The notes below the pieces were generated by a model. The model saw nothing but the letters and a program-made list of their open reading frames with translations. It ran no database searches and had not been told where the DNA came from. From NCBI GenBank assembly GCA_964016885.1, contig OZ024741.1:397544001-397608000 (forward strand): a stretch of 64,000 nucleotides of DNA. Direction: 5' to 3'. Positions 36,817 to 48,107 of this stretch are shown here, piece by piece. Source of the stretch: Eledone cirrhosa (lineage: Eukaryota). Position 1 is the first letter of the stretch. The number at the start of each line of letters is the position of its first letter. The position numbers and the translations under genes were made by a program.

Positions 36817-38169
36817 AAGGAGAGAACCAGAACTGAATACCTCAGAAGAGTAAAGAAAATATGGTCATCAGAACTGTCAGCATACAACAAATACATTGCC
36901 CACAATACTTATGCTGTGCCAATTCTAACGCCAACATTTGGTCTGCTGAACTGGTCATTGCAAGAACTAAGTGAGATGGATGTTAGAACTCGAAAACTTC
37001 TCAGTGTTACTGTGAACTTTAACATCAATGGTGATGTGGATAGGCTATACTTCTCACGCAAGGAAGGTCGCCGGGGTCTAAAATCAATATTAACAACATA
37101 TGAGACCCGGATAGTAATACTGAAGCAACACCTTCAACAGAGGAAAAAGGTTGGCAACCATCTTGCCCAGGTTTATGAGCATGAAAAAAAAAATATCATT
37201 AGAATAGCGACTGATCTGGAGGAGAGATATGGAATAAAGCCTGATATAAATCTCTCACCCAGAGAAATCGGAAGATCCTATTCAATGTGCAAACAAGAAA
37301 AAAAAATTGACCAATTTACAGAAAAAGTTGTACATGGATACTTGAGACGTAAAACACAGACCATAGAGGGGATAAACCACTCAAAAGGCCTGGCATGGAG
37401 TTCCGACAAGTTTATGACATCACACCTTGAGGGATATCTCTATGCAATACAGGAAAAAGAACTCCCTACCAAATATCTGGTGCACAAAAGAGGAGGGCCA
37501 GCAGCTGACAATAAATGTAGGCTATGTAAAACAAAGATCGAGGATGTAAGCCACATTGTTGCCAGCTGCGAAAGAGCGTCATCTCGCTACTACCTCCCCA
37601 TGAAACACGATGGGATAGCTAGAACCATCTGGAACGCACTTCGGAAAACAAAATTAACAACAAACGAGGAAGATTATATTGAGACAGATGGTACTAAGGA
37701 ATACTGGTGGAACCTGAAAATAAAAACTGCCACCAAATTAAAGCACAACCGGCCTGATATTGTTGTTTGGGACTACACATTGAAAACGTGTTCTGTTGTG
37801 GAGATCAGCTGCCCACTTGATGTAAACGTTGTCAGAAAAATACAGGAGAAGGAGGACATCTACGGACCATTGATGAGGAGTTTACAAATCCAGTATCCAA
37901 GATACACCTTTAGCTTCATACCCATCATTATTGGAGCTACGGGTTATATACCAACCCGCTTGGACCAAAGTATGACTGAACTTGGATTTGCAGACAAAAA
38001 GCGCAGCTCCCCAATTCATAGTCTACAAATGGCTGCGATAGCTGGCACCTTCAAAATTTGCAAAACATTCTTGCGATTCAAGGGATGACAATTTCTTTTC
38101 TGTTACAACCTTGCCACCAGGAAGGTGGCCGGTCAAAAAAATATACTCGAAATTAAGAGAAAGAGATAA
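36817..38169 (+). mobile_element. R4/Dong family B, 5'-truncated, frame open 36817-38088
   Basis: EYLRRVKKIWSSELS..AVPILTPTFG, DVDRLY..EGRRGL, CCHC, RLE PD..E..K; (CATA)n on both sides. Confidence 0.93.
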
Positions 38170-38215
38170 CATACATAGATAGATACATGCACACACATAT
38201 ACATACATAGGGACA

Positions 38216-38745
38216 TGGTGGCTGCCAACTCGTTTTCGAGTACGGCCACTACTTTATATCCATTTAGTCCAGACAGCGACTTGAAAACTCTGGTACAAAC
38301 ACTACACTCGTGACAATTATTGACAAATAGTGCTGGGCCCATGGTACCATGTGACGACAAATGCAGAGAGATCTCCAGATATAAAGCAATGCCTGTGCCG
38401 TGAAGCTTTTATAGTGAGCAAAGGCACTGCACAAAGCCAGTCCCACTCTCTTAACCAAGATGATATTTACCAAAAAGAAGAACAAGTCAACATCATTGGA
38501 TACCATCAAGGTTGCAGCTGTTATATCAGAGTTTTCATTCTCCTAGAATTCTGCCTTGACAAAGGCTAAGGGAGTCATCTCTCCCGGTGATTTTGGATGG
38601 CCATTGACTCTTAAGAGCTCCTTTGCCCTTTGACAGGTTTTGTTTTTAGTCCTGCAGGATGTCCAAAGTCACCAAGAAACCTTGGTGGGGTTGCCAGTTT
38701 AGTCGCCAACGACCCGACCATGGGACAGGTTGTACTGGGATACAC
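38216..38745 (-). mobile_element. ~600-bp RTE-derived element, copy 4 (internal deletions, 5'-truncated)
   Basis: Identity to copy 1 with deletions near 38262 and 38670. Confidence 0.85.
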
Positions 38746-39076
38746 ATATATATATACATACATATATACATACATATATATATATACATACATATATATA
38801 CATATATACATATACATACATATATACATACATATATATATATACATACATATATATATATACATACATATATACATACATATATACATATACATACATA
38901 TATACATACATATATATATATACATATATACATACATATATATATATATATACATCCATATATACATACATATATATATATACACATACATATATACATA
39001 CATATACATATATATACATACATATATATATACATACATATATACATACATATATATATATATACATACATATATA

Positions 39077-39113
<37 letters not shown>

Positions 39114-39205
39114 GTATATACATACATATATACATATACATACATATATACATACATATATATATATATGTATACATACATACATAAATATATATATACA
39201 TATAC

Positions 39206-39298
<93 letters not shown>

Positions 39299-39305
39299 TA
39301 CATAC

Positions 39306-39336
<31 letters not shown>

Positions 39337-39683
39337 CATACATATATACATACATATATATATATACATATATAGATACATATATATATATATATATATA
39401 CATACATATATATATATATATATACATACATATATATATATATAAACATACATATATACATACATACACATATATATATATATATATACATACATATATA
39501 CATACATATATATATATATATACATATATACATACATATATATATATATACATACATATATACATACATATACACTTATACATACATGTATACAAACATA
39601 TATATATATATACAAACATATATACATACATATATATATATATATACATACATATATATATACATACATATATATATACATAT
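38746..39683. repeat. (TACA)/(TA) compound microsatellite
   Basis: Direct reading. Confidence 0.95.
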
Positions 39684-42178
39684 ATAACTTTGAATAACTT
39701 TGAATAACTTTGAAATGTTTTGGCCAGTATTGGCCCAGGCCATGTCTAACTTAATAGCACCACCTGGCGAAGTCTTTCAATTCAGGATTTGGGCACCATG
39801 GCCCATTCGAGAAGAGAATTACTGTTTGCGGAGACATATCCGGGTGTGGGTGGTTTGTCCGGGATTACTTGGAGGAATTTGTCCAAAGACTTCTTGAATT
39901 TTGTGTGGTCAGTTTCTGTTTTGACGTGTCCTGGTGTGATGTTGAAGAGAGCAGGGCCGATTGAGGTGAAATAATTGTGCCGTATTGTTGTTATGAGTTG
40001 CGATTTAGATTTTTGAATGGGACGGATAGCACGGGGCCCAAGCCTTGGGTGTATCTTGAAGGCGATGCCAACATCATTTGGGCAGTGATGATGGAACATT
40101 TTCCACATCATGCAGATAATATAACGCTCACGGCGACGTTGGAGTGAGTAAAGTTTCAGGTTTTCCAATCGACCCCAGTAGTCAAGGTCTGACATGCCAT
40201 CTATCTTTTTCGTGATTGCCCTTTGAGGAGCTTCAAGTTTCATGATACTTTGTTTCGTGTGGGGAGACCACAGTGGACAACAGTATTCAAGGTGTGGTCG
40301 GGCGAAAGTAGAGAAGAGAAGGATAATGGTGCGGGAATCTCTCGACTGGAAGGTTCTGAGGATCCAGGAACACATTCTGCGGGCCATGTCAACTTTGCTG
40401 CTTATATGCGTGGTCCAGCTTATGTTGCTGTCCACGGTTACTCCCAAGTCTCTGATGTTGTTAGATGCCACGAGAGTTTCCTCGGAGGGAAGGGAGTACG
40501 GGAGTTTCAGAGCATCCTCTTTTCCAAAGTGGATCAGTTCGAATTTGTCTTCGTTCAGTAACATGTTGTTCTTTTCTGCCCATTGGGTAACAGCCAGTAG
40601 GTCTGACTGAAGGCTTATCCGGTCATCCACGCCATTGATGACCTTTTGGAGCTTGGAATCATCAGCGAAAATTTTAATGTTGCTGTGTTTGATGATGTCA
40701 GTGATGTCATTAATATAGATGATGAAGAGAAGTGGGCCCAACACAGTGCCTTGTGGGACTCCACTACTGACTTTGGCTGGGCTTGATTTGACTCCCTCAA
40801 CTACAACATGTTGGGTTCTGTTTGACAGGAAGCTCTTGATCCACTGCAGCAGCTTTCCAGTGACACCAATATTGGACAGCTTTCTCAGTAGAATGTTATG
40901 ATCAACCCTGTCAAAGGCCTTGCTGAAATCAAGGTAGATAACATCAGTGTTGGAACCCTCTCCCAAGGCTCTCAAAATGTCATCAAAGTGATGCAGTAGT
41001 TGCGTCAGGCAATCCCTTCCATTACGGAATCCATGCTGGTTGGAGTTCAGCATATTGTTACTCTCAAGGAAGTGGGTCATTCGCGATCTCACCACTCGCT
41101 CAAATACCTTAATGATATGAGAGGTGAGTGAGATTGGACGGTAATTCACGGCAAGGGATTTGTTTCCCTTTTTGAAAACTGGGACAACAGACTGGGATAG
41201 AAGGTTTTCTGGCACATATCCAGCATCCAGTGAGTTCCGCCACAGATTGGCAAGAGGAGAAGTAAGTTGGTGTTGACACGCCTTCAAGACACAAGCAGGG
41301 AACCTATCGGGACCTACTGCTGAATTATGCTTGATTTCCTTTATTGCCGCCAAGACATCAGGGGCGCCAAACGTTATGTCCGATAAGGTGTAATGGGGAG
41401 TAACATCGCCGATACAGCCCAGATCGGCCATGTCAGGATTGCTGAAAACAGAGCAGTATTGTTTCTGCAGTATCTCACCCATGGTTTTAGCATTGTCTTG
41501 AAGAGTGCCATTTTCATCAATTAGAGGGCCAACAGTAGAGCCAGTGATTTTGTGTTTTTTTGCAAATGAAAAGAACACTTTGGGATTGAGTTTGATCTTC
41601 TCAATGGCCCAGGCCTCTTCAGCTCTTCTCTGATTGTTGATGAGGGACATTATGTTGTTTTGGAGGTTATGTTTTTTAATCTCTAGTGATGAAATGGCAG
41701 TCAAGTTGATGTGTTGCTGCTGACAGTATTTCAGCTTGTTGATTTTTTTGTTCGTTCTCTTAATTTTTCTGATGAGCGTTTTTCTATTTCTAGGGATTCT
41801 GCTCTTAGATTTGTTTATAGTTCTTAATGGGGTGTGTTTAGCACATATGTTTGTAACAGTGTCCACAAATGTCTGCCAGGACTTTTTGATGTTAGTGGGT
41901 GTATGAGTGTGCGTGAAGGACCAGTCGACATGTGCAAGATCATGACTGATCGCTTCCCAGTTTGCATTGTGGAAATCCATAGCGTCAAACGGATGGACAG
42001 GAGAGATGACATTGGGTTTGTATATTGGACGGTGGAATCTCAGATCACAGAGAACCATGTCATGATCAGAGAGTAGAGTTTTCTCCACTGCAATATTGTG
42101 GATATTGTCAGTGTGATTGCTGAAAATTAAGTCTAGGACGTTTTTGTGGCACCTCGTTGGTTCGAGCACTAGTTGGGA
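39684..42178 (-). mobile_element. CR1-group LINE, 5'-truncated, uninterrupted ORF2 (end of APE plus RT, stop at 39782) and (TTCAAAGTTA)3 tail
   Basis: [66 protein letters not shown]. Confidence 0.95.
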
Positions 42179-42197
42179 TATATATATATATACATAC

Positions 42198-42248
<51 letters not shown>

Positions 42249-42369
42249 CATACATATATACATACATATATATACATATATACATACATATATATATATA
42301 TGTATACATACATATATATTTATATATATATATACATACATATATACATACATATATATATATACATAC

Positions 42370-42402
<33 letters not shown>

Positions 42403-42419
42403 CATACATACATAAACAT

Positions 42420-42474
<55 letters not shown>

Positions 42475-42650
42475 AGGGACATACATACATACATACATAC
42501 ATACATACATACATACATACATACATACATACACACACATACATACATACCTACATAGATATTACATACATACACATACATACATAGATACATACATACA
42601 TACACACACATACATACATACATACACACACACATACATGCATACATACA
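42179..42650. repeat. (TACA)/(TA) microsatellite
   Basis: Direct reading. Confidence 0.9.
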
Positions 42651-43259
42651 TGGTGGCTGCCAACTCGTTTTCGAGTACGGCCACTACTTTATATCCATGT
42701 AGGAGAACCCCTACCGATGCGCTGAACGAGTGTGACTTTTTAGTCCAGCCAGCGTATTGAAAACTCTGGTACAAACACTACACTTGTGACAATTATTGAC
42801 ACATAGTGCTGGGCCCATGATACCATGTGACGACAAGTGCAGAGAGATCTCCAGATATAAAGCAATGCCTGTGTCGTGAAGCTTTTATAGTGAGCAAAGG
42901 CACTGCACAAAGTCAGTCCCACTCTCTTAACCAAGTTGATATTTACCAAAAAGAAGAACAAGTCAACATCATTGGATACCATCAGGGTTGCAGGTGTTAT
43001 ATCAGAGTTTTCCTTCTCCTAGAATTCTGCCTTGACAAAAGCTAAGGGAGTCATCTCTCCCGGTGATTTTGGATGGCCATTGACTCTTAAGAGCTCCTTT
43101 GCCCTTTGACAGGTTTTGTTTTTAGTCCTGTAGGATGTCTAAAGTCACCCTCCTCACCAAGAAACCTTGGTGGGGTTGCCAGTTTAGTCGCCAACGACCC
43201 GACCATGGGACAGGTTGTACTGGGATACATGTCACCAGTAGCACCAACTGGTGACCTGA
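42651..43259 (-). mobile_element. ~600-bp RTE-derived element, copy 5
   Basis: Near identity to copy 1. Confidence 0.85.
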
Positions 43260-43915
43260 CATACATACATACTTACTTACATACATACATACATACATAC
43301 ATACTTACATAGATATTACATACATACACATACATACATAGATACATACATACATAGATAATATTACATACATACATAGATACATACATCCATACACACA
43401 TACATACACACAAACATACATAGATAGATATTACATACATGCACATACATACATAGATATTACAAACATACACACGCATACAAACATACATACATAGATA
43501 GATATTACATACACACAAACATAGATAGATATTACATACACACACACACACATACATACATAGATAGATATTATATACATACACACAAACATACATACAT
43601 ACATACACATACATATTACAAATATACGTACATATATACATACATATATGCATACATATATATATACATACATACATACACTCATATATACACACATACA
43701 TACACACACATACATACATACATAGATACATACACACACACACATGCGTATATACATACACATACATACACACACACATACACATTCACATACATACACA
43801 CACATACATACATACATCACCAGAAAAAGCTTTAACGATAGCACAAAATATAGATATATACATACATACACACATAGTTAGATATACACATACATACACA
43901 CATACCACATACATT
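43260..43915. repeat. Degenerate (CATA)n with ATAGATATTAC higher-order units
   Basis: Direct reading. Confidence 0.85.
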
Positions 43916-43998
43916 GAATATAGCATTTCCAATTGTCAACAGACACAGATAGCTTGTCATATATATGTATGTGTGTGTGTGTGTGTGCGCGCGCGTAT

Positions 43999-44116
43999 TT
44001 TTCATCCTTGCGGGGTCGATAAAACTTTGCCTTTCATCCTTACGGGGTTGATAAAATAAAGCACCAGTAATACACTGGGGTAATTGCTGGCCTTGTTCTA
44101 TAAGTAGAAACAATTA
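43999..44116 (+). mobile_element. 3' half of tRNA-derived SINE with a short internal duplication
   Basis: TTTCATCCTT.CGGGGT.GATAAAA twice, then GTAGAAACAATTATT. Confidence 0.8.
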
Positions 44117-44137
44117 TTATTATTAAGGCTAAATAGT

Positions 44138-44193
44138 GAGTCTTGTTACTCTGGGGTTTCGCCAGTTTATGGCAGGGTCATCAGACAAAACTC
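44138..44193 (-). ncRNA. Type I hammerhead ribozyme inside foldback 44117-44230
   Basis: Minus: GAGTTTTGT-CTGATGA-CCCT-GCCA TAAAC TGGC-GAAA-CCCCAGAG-TA-ACAAGACTC; 9-bp stem I. Confidence 0.75.
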
Positions 44194-44419
44194 CAGAGTA
44201 ACAAGACTTACTTTTGAGCCTTAATAATAAAGAATATTAAAACTCTACTTCGGTATTGAGTATTTCTTTCTCTCAGCCGTCAACCACATACTGATATACA
44301 CACATATTTATATATATAAACCATCTCACACACACACGGTCACTTATATACTTCGTAGTCATACAATCACATTTGTTCATCTCTGACATATCCGCTCACT
44401 GTTACATTCACACACTTAT

Positions 44420-45780
44420 AGTCTCTCATACATATACACATATTCACACACACGCTTGCTCGTACACATACTGCTATACAAGCATACACACACTTGCTCG
44501 TACACATACTTCTATACAAGCATACACACACACATGCTTACTGTACACACACTGCTATACAAGCACACACACACATATACTTGTACACATACTGCTATAC
44601 AAGCATACACACACTTACTTGTACACATACTGTTATACAAGCATACACACACACACACACAGTTACTCATTCGTACACAGTGGTTCACGCACACTTCCAC
44701 ATATACTGTTAAACATATATTTACACACGCACACACACTTCCACATACTGCTACATATACGCACACACTCTTAGATATATTCACACATACACACACACTT
44801 CCCCATACACGCACACTCACTTTTAGATATATTCCCACATACACATACTTCTGCAAATACACACTCACTCTTAGATATATTCACACATACACACACACAC
44901 ACACACGTACTTCCACATACTCCACATACTACGTATACATACTCACAGGTATATCCCCCCCGCACACGTACACGCACACACATACACACTTCCACGTACT
45001 GCAACTATACACACTCACTGTTAGATATTTTTCACACACACTGTCAGCTATATTCCCACACACACTCACATACGTCCACACATACACACTGTCAGATATA
45101 TTATCACACACACTCATATACATACACATATACACACTGTCAGCTATATTCCCACACACACTTCCACATACACATAGTCATTGTCAGATACATTTTCACA
45201 CACACACTCACATACACACACTGTCAGCTATATTTCCACACACACTCACGTACATACACATACGTCCACATATACACACTGTCAGATATATTATCACACA
45301 CAGTCAGATATATTCACACACACTCACATACATACACTGTCAACTATATTCCCACACACACTCACATACATACACATACGTCCACACATACACACACTGT
45401 CAGCTATATTCCCACACACACTCACATACGTTCACACATACACACACTGTCAGCTATATTCCCACACACACTCACATACATACACATACGTTCACACATA
45501 CACACACTGTCAGATATATTATCAAACACACTCACATACATACACATACGTCCATATACACAGTCAGATATATTCACATACACACTCACGTACATACACA
45601 TACATCCATATATACACACTGTCAGCTATATTGCCACACACACTGTCAGATATATTCACACACACTCACATACGTCCACACACACACACTGTCAGATGTA
45701 TTCACACACACTCACATACATACACATACGTCCATATACACACTGTGAGATATATTCTCACACACACTCACATACTCACT
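44420..45780. repeat. CA-rich minisatellites (CATACTGCTATACAAG and CACTGTCAGMTATATT units)
   Basis: Direct reading. Confidence 0.9.
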
Positions 45781-45784
45781 GCAA

Positions 45785-45939
45785 TTGAAAACCAATGAGA
45801 AGTTTTTATTCAGCCAGCAGTCCCAGTCCCAGTGAAATCCTACAAGTGTGTTTTCATTATATATACACACACGAGGAGAAGTGTATAGTTGTGTCTGCTG
45901 TCTGCTGTCTGCTTGTTTCAGGCTCTATGTAGACTATTA

Positions 45940-46000
<61 letters not shown>

Positions 46001-46080
46001 TGTCTCTCTCTCTCTGTGGTGTTGTATAGCAACACAACGACAGTGACATCTTAAGACAGTGATCGTGACACATTGCTGGA
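45785..46080 (+). promoter_or_regulatory. Putative promoter/5' UTR of the kinase gene (CCAAT at 45792, (CT)n at ~45943-45990)
   Basis: Short unique segment between minisatellite and ATG; TSS cannot be determined. Confidence 0.35.
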
Positions 46081-46314
46081 ATGTCACCCGGGGTATTAGC
46101 CCGGGCCACTAAAGCGGTCACAGCTCATGTGAAGGAGCTAAAAGGGAAGTCCAGTGGTGGTAGTAGTAGTAATAGTGGTGGTAGTTGTAATAGTAATAGT
46201 ACTAGCTGCAAACCTGAATATGGAGCTGTTAAAAACTTTGATAATATACCATCAGAAATGATACATAACTTTGATTCCAATACCACCTACAAACGGGGGA
46301 AATTACTTGGCAAG
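46081..46314 (+). CDS. PLK: Polo-like serine/threonine kinase (PLK2/PLK3-like), first coding exon, 78 codons
   Basis: ATG after in-frame TAA; ends ..IHNFDSNTTYKRGKLLGK, matching the Polo subdomain I entry Y.RG..LGK-GGFA, then phase-0 donor AAG/GTAAGA; paralog assignment is inference; exon 2 not seen in window. Confidence 0.8.
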
Positions 46315-46395
46315 GTAAGACGAGACTTTATTTTCATTGTTGTTATTACTATTTGCTGTAAACATAATTTAACTGTATTTACCTGTCCCAAAACA

Positions 46396-47620
46396 GTTTA
46401 CCTTAATACCAACACACCAAAACCACACACTTTAAAGTGTTTACTTTAATACTAACACACCAAAACCACACACTTTAAAGTGTTTACTTTAATACCAACA
46501 CACCAAAACCACACACTTTAAAGTGTTTACCTTAATACCAACACACCAAAACCAGACACTTTAAAGTGTTTACCTTAATACCAACACACCAAAACCACAC
46601 ACTTTAAAGTGTTTACTTTAATACCAACCCACCAAAACCACACACTTTAAAGTGTTTACTTTAATACTAACACACCAAAACCACACACTTTAAAGTGTTT
46701 ATATCAACCCACCAAAACCACACACTTTAAAGTGTTTACCTTAATACCAACACACCAAAACCACACACTTTAAAGTGTTTACCTTAATACCAACACACCA
46801 AAACCAGACACTTTAAAGTGTTTACCTTAATACCAACACACCAAAACCAGACACTTTAAAGTGTTTACCTTAATACCAACACACCAAAACCACACACTTT
46901 AAAGGGTTTATATCAACCCACCAAAACCACACACTTTAAAGTGTTTACCTTAATACTAACACACCAAAACCACACACTTTAAAGTATTTACTTTAATACT
47001 AACACACCAAAACCACACACTTTAAAGGGTTTACTTTAATACCAACCCACCAAAACCAGACACTTTAAAGGGTTTACCTTAATATCAACCCAGCAAAACT
47101 ACACACACACACTTTACCCTAATACCAACCCACCAAAACCACACACTTTAAAGGGTTTATATCAACCCACCAAAATCACACACTTTAGAGGGTTTACCTT
47201 AATATGAACCCACCAAAACCACACACTTTAAAGTGTTTATCTTAATATCAACCCACCAAAGCCACACACTTTAGAGGGTTTACCTTAATATCAACCCACC
47301 AAAACCACACACTTTAAAGTGTTTATCTTAATATCAACCCACCAAAACCACACACTTTAGAGGGTTTACCTTAATATCAACCCACCAAAACCACACACTT
47401 TAAAGTGTTTATCTTAATGCCAACCCACCAAAACTACACTTTAAAGGGTTTACCTTAATACACGACCCACCAAAACTACACACTTTAAAGGGTTTTTGAC
47501 CCTACTCTGTCAAACAAACCACACATTTTAAAGGGTTTCTGACTCTGCTCTGCCAAATAAAACCCCACACTTTAAAGGGTTTTTGTCCCACAAAACCCAA
47601 CACTTTAAAAGGTTTTTTTT
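46396..47620. repeat. 43-bp (and ~37-bp variant) minisatellite with internal palindrome ACACTTTAAAGTGT
   Basis: Unit CYTTAATACCAACACACCAAAACCACACACTTTAAAGTGTTTA, decaying rightwards. Confidence 0.95.
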
Positions 47621-47691
47621 CAAATAAAAACCTGCCCGAATTATTGTATTATAACAACTGTCTGTTAAGTTACAAATGTCATCATAATAAT

Positions 47692-47879
47692 TGTTTCTAC
47701 TTTAGGCACAAGGCCAGCAATTATCCAGTACATTACTGGTACTTTATTTAATCGACCCCGTAAGGATGAAAGGCAAAGTTAACCTCGGCGGGATTTGAAC
47801 TCAGATCATAAAGGGACGTAACTCTATGCTTCAAAGCATGGTGTCCGACTCTCTACCGATACTGCCAATCCACCGCCCT
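47692..47879 (-). mobile_element. Full-length tRNA-derived SINE with 18-bp TSD
   Basis: AAATGTCATCATAATAAT at 47674-47691 and 47880-47897. Confidence 0.92.
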
Positions 47880-47897
47880 AAATGTCATCATAATAAT

Positions 47898-48074
47898 GGT
47901 TTCTTATATAGGCACAAGGCTAGCAATTTGGGGGAAGGGGAAAGTCGATTAAATCGACCCAGTACGTGACTGGTACTTTATTTTATCGACCCCTTAAGGA
48001 TGAAAGGCAAAGTTAACCTCGGTGGGATTTGAACTCAGATCACCGTAAAGTATGTTGTCCGACGCTCTACCGAT
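47898..48074 (-). mobile_element. Related older SINE whose tail received the previous insertion
   Basis: Same body and B-box (GGATTTGAACTC on +), different 3' part. Confidence 0.8.
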
Positions 48075-48107
48075 ATAATTAATTTTAGACAACTTATTGA
48101 AATAGAG

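Noticed and set aside
44456-45798. His/Thr-rich ORFs
   Set aside because: CA-rich minisatellite
46315-46449. PLK ORF continuation to 122 aa
   Set aside because: Strong GTAAGA donor at 46315; downstream residues do not continue the GxGGFA loop
46396-47620. CRISPR-like palindromic repeats
   Set aside because: No unique spacers, no cas genes, eukaryotic context
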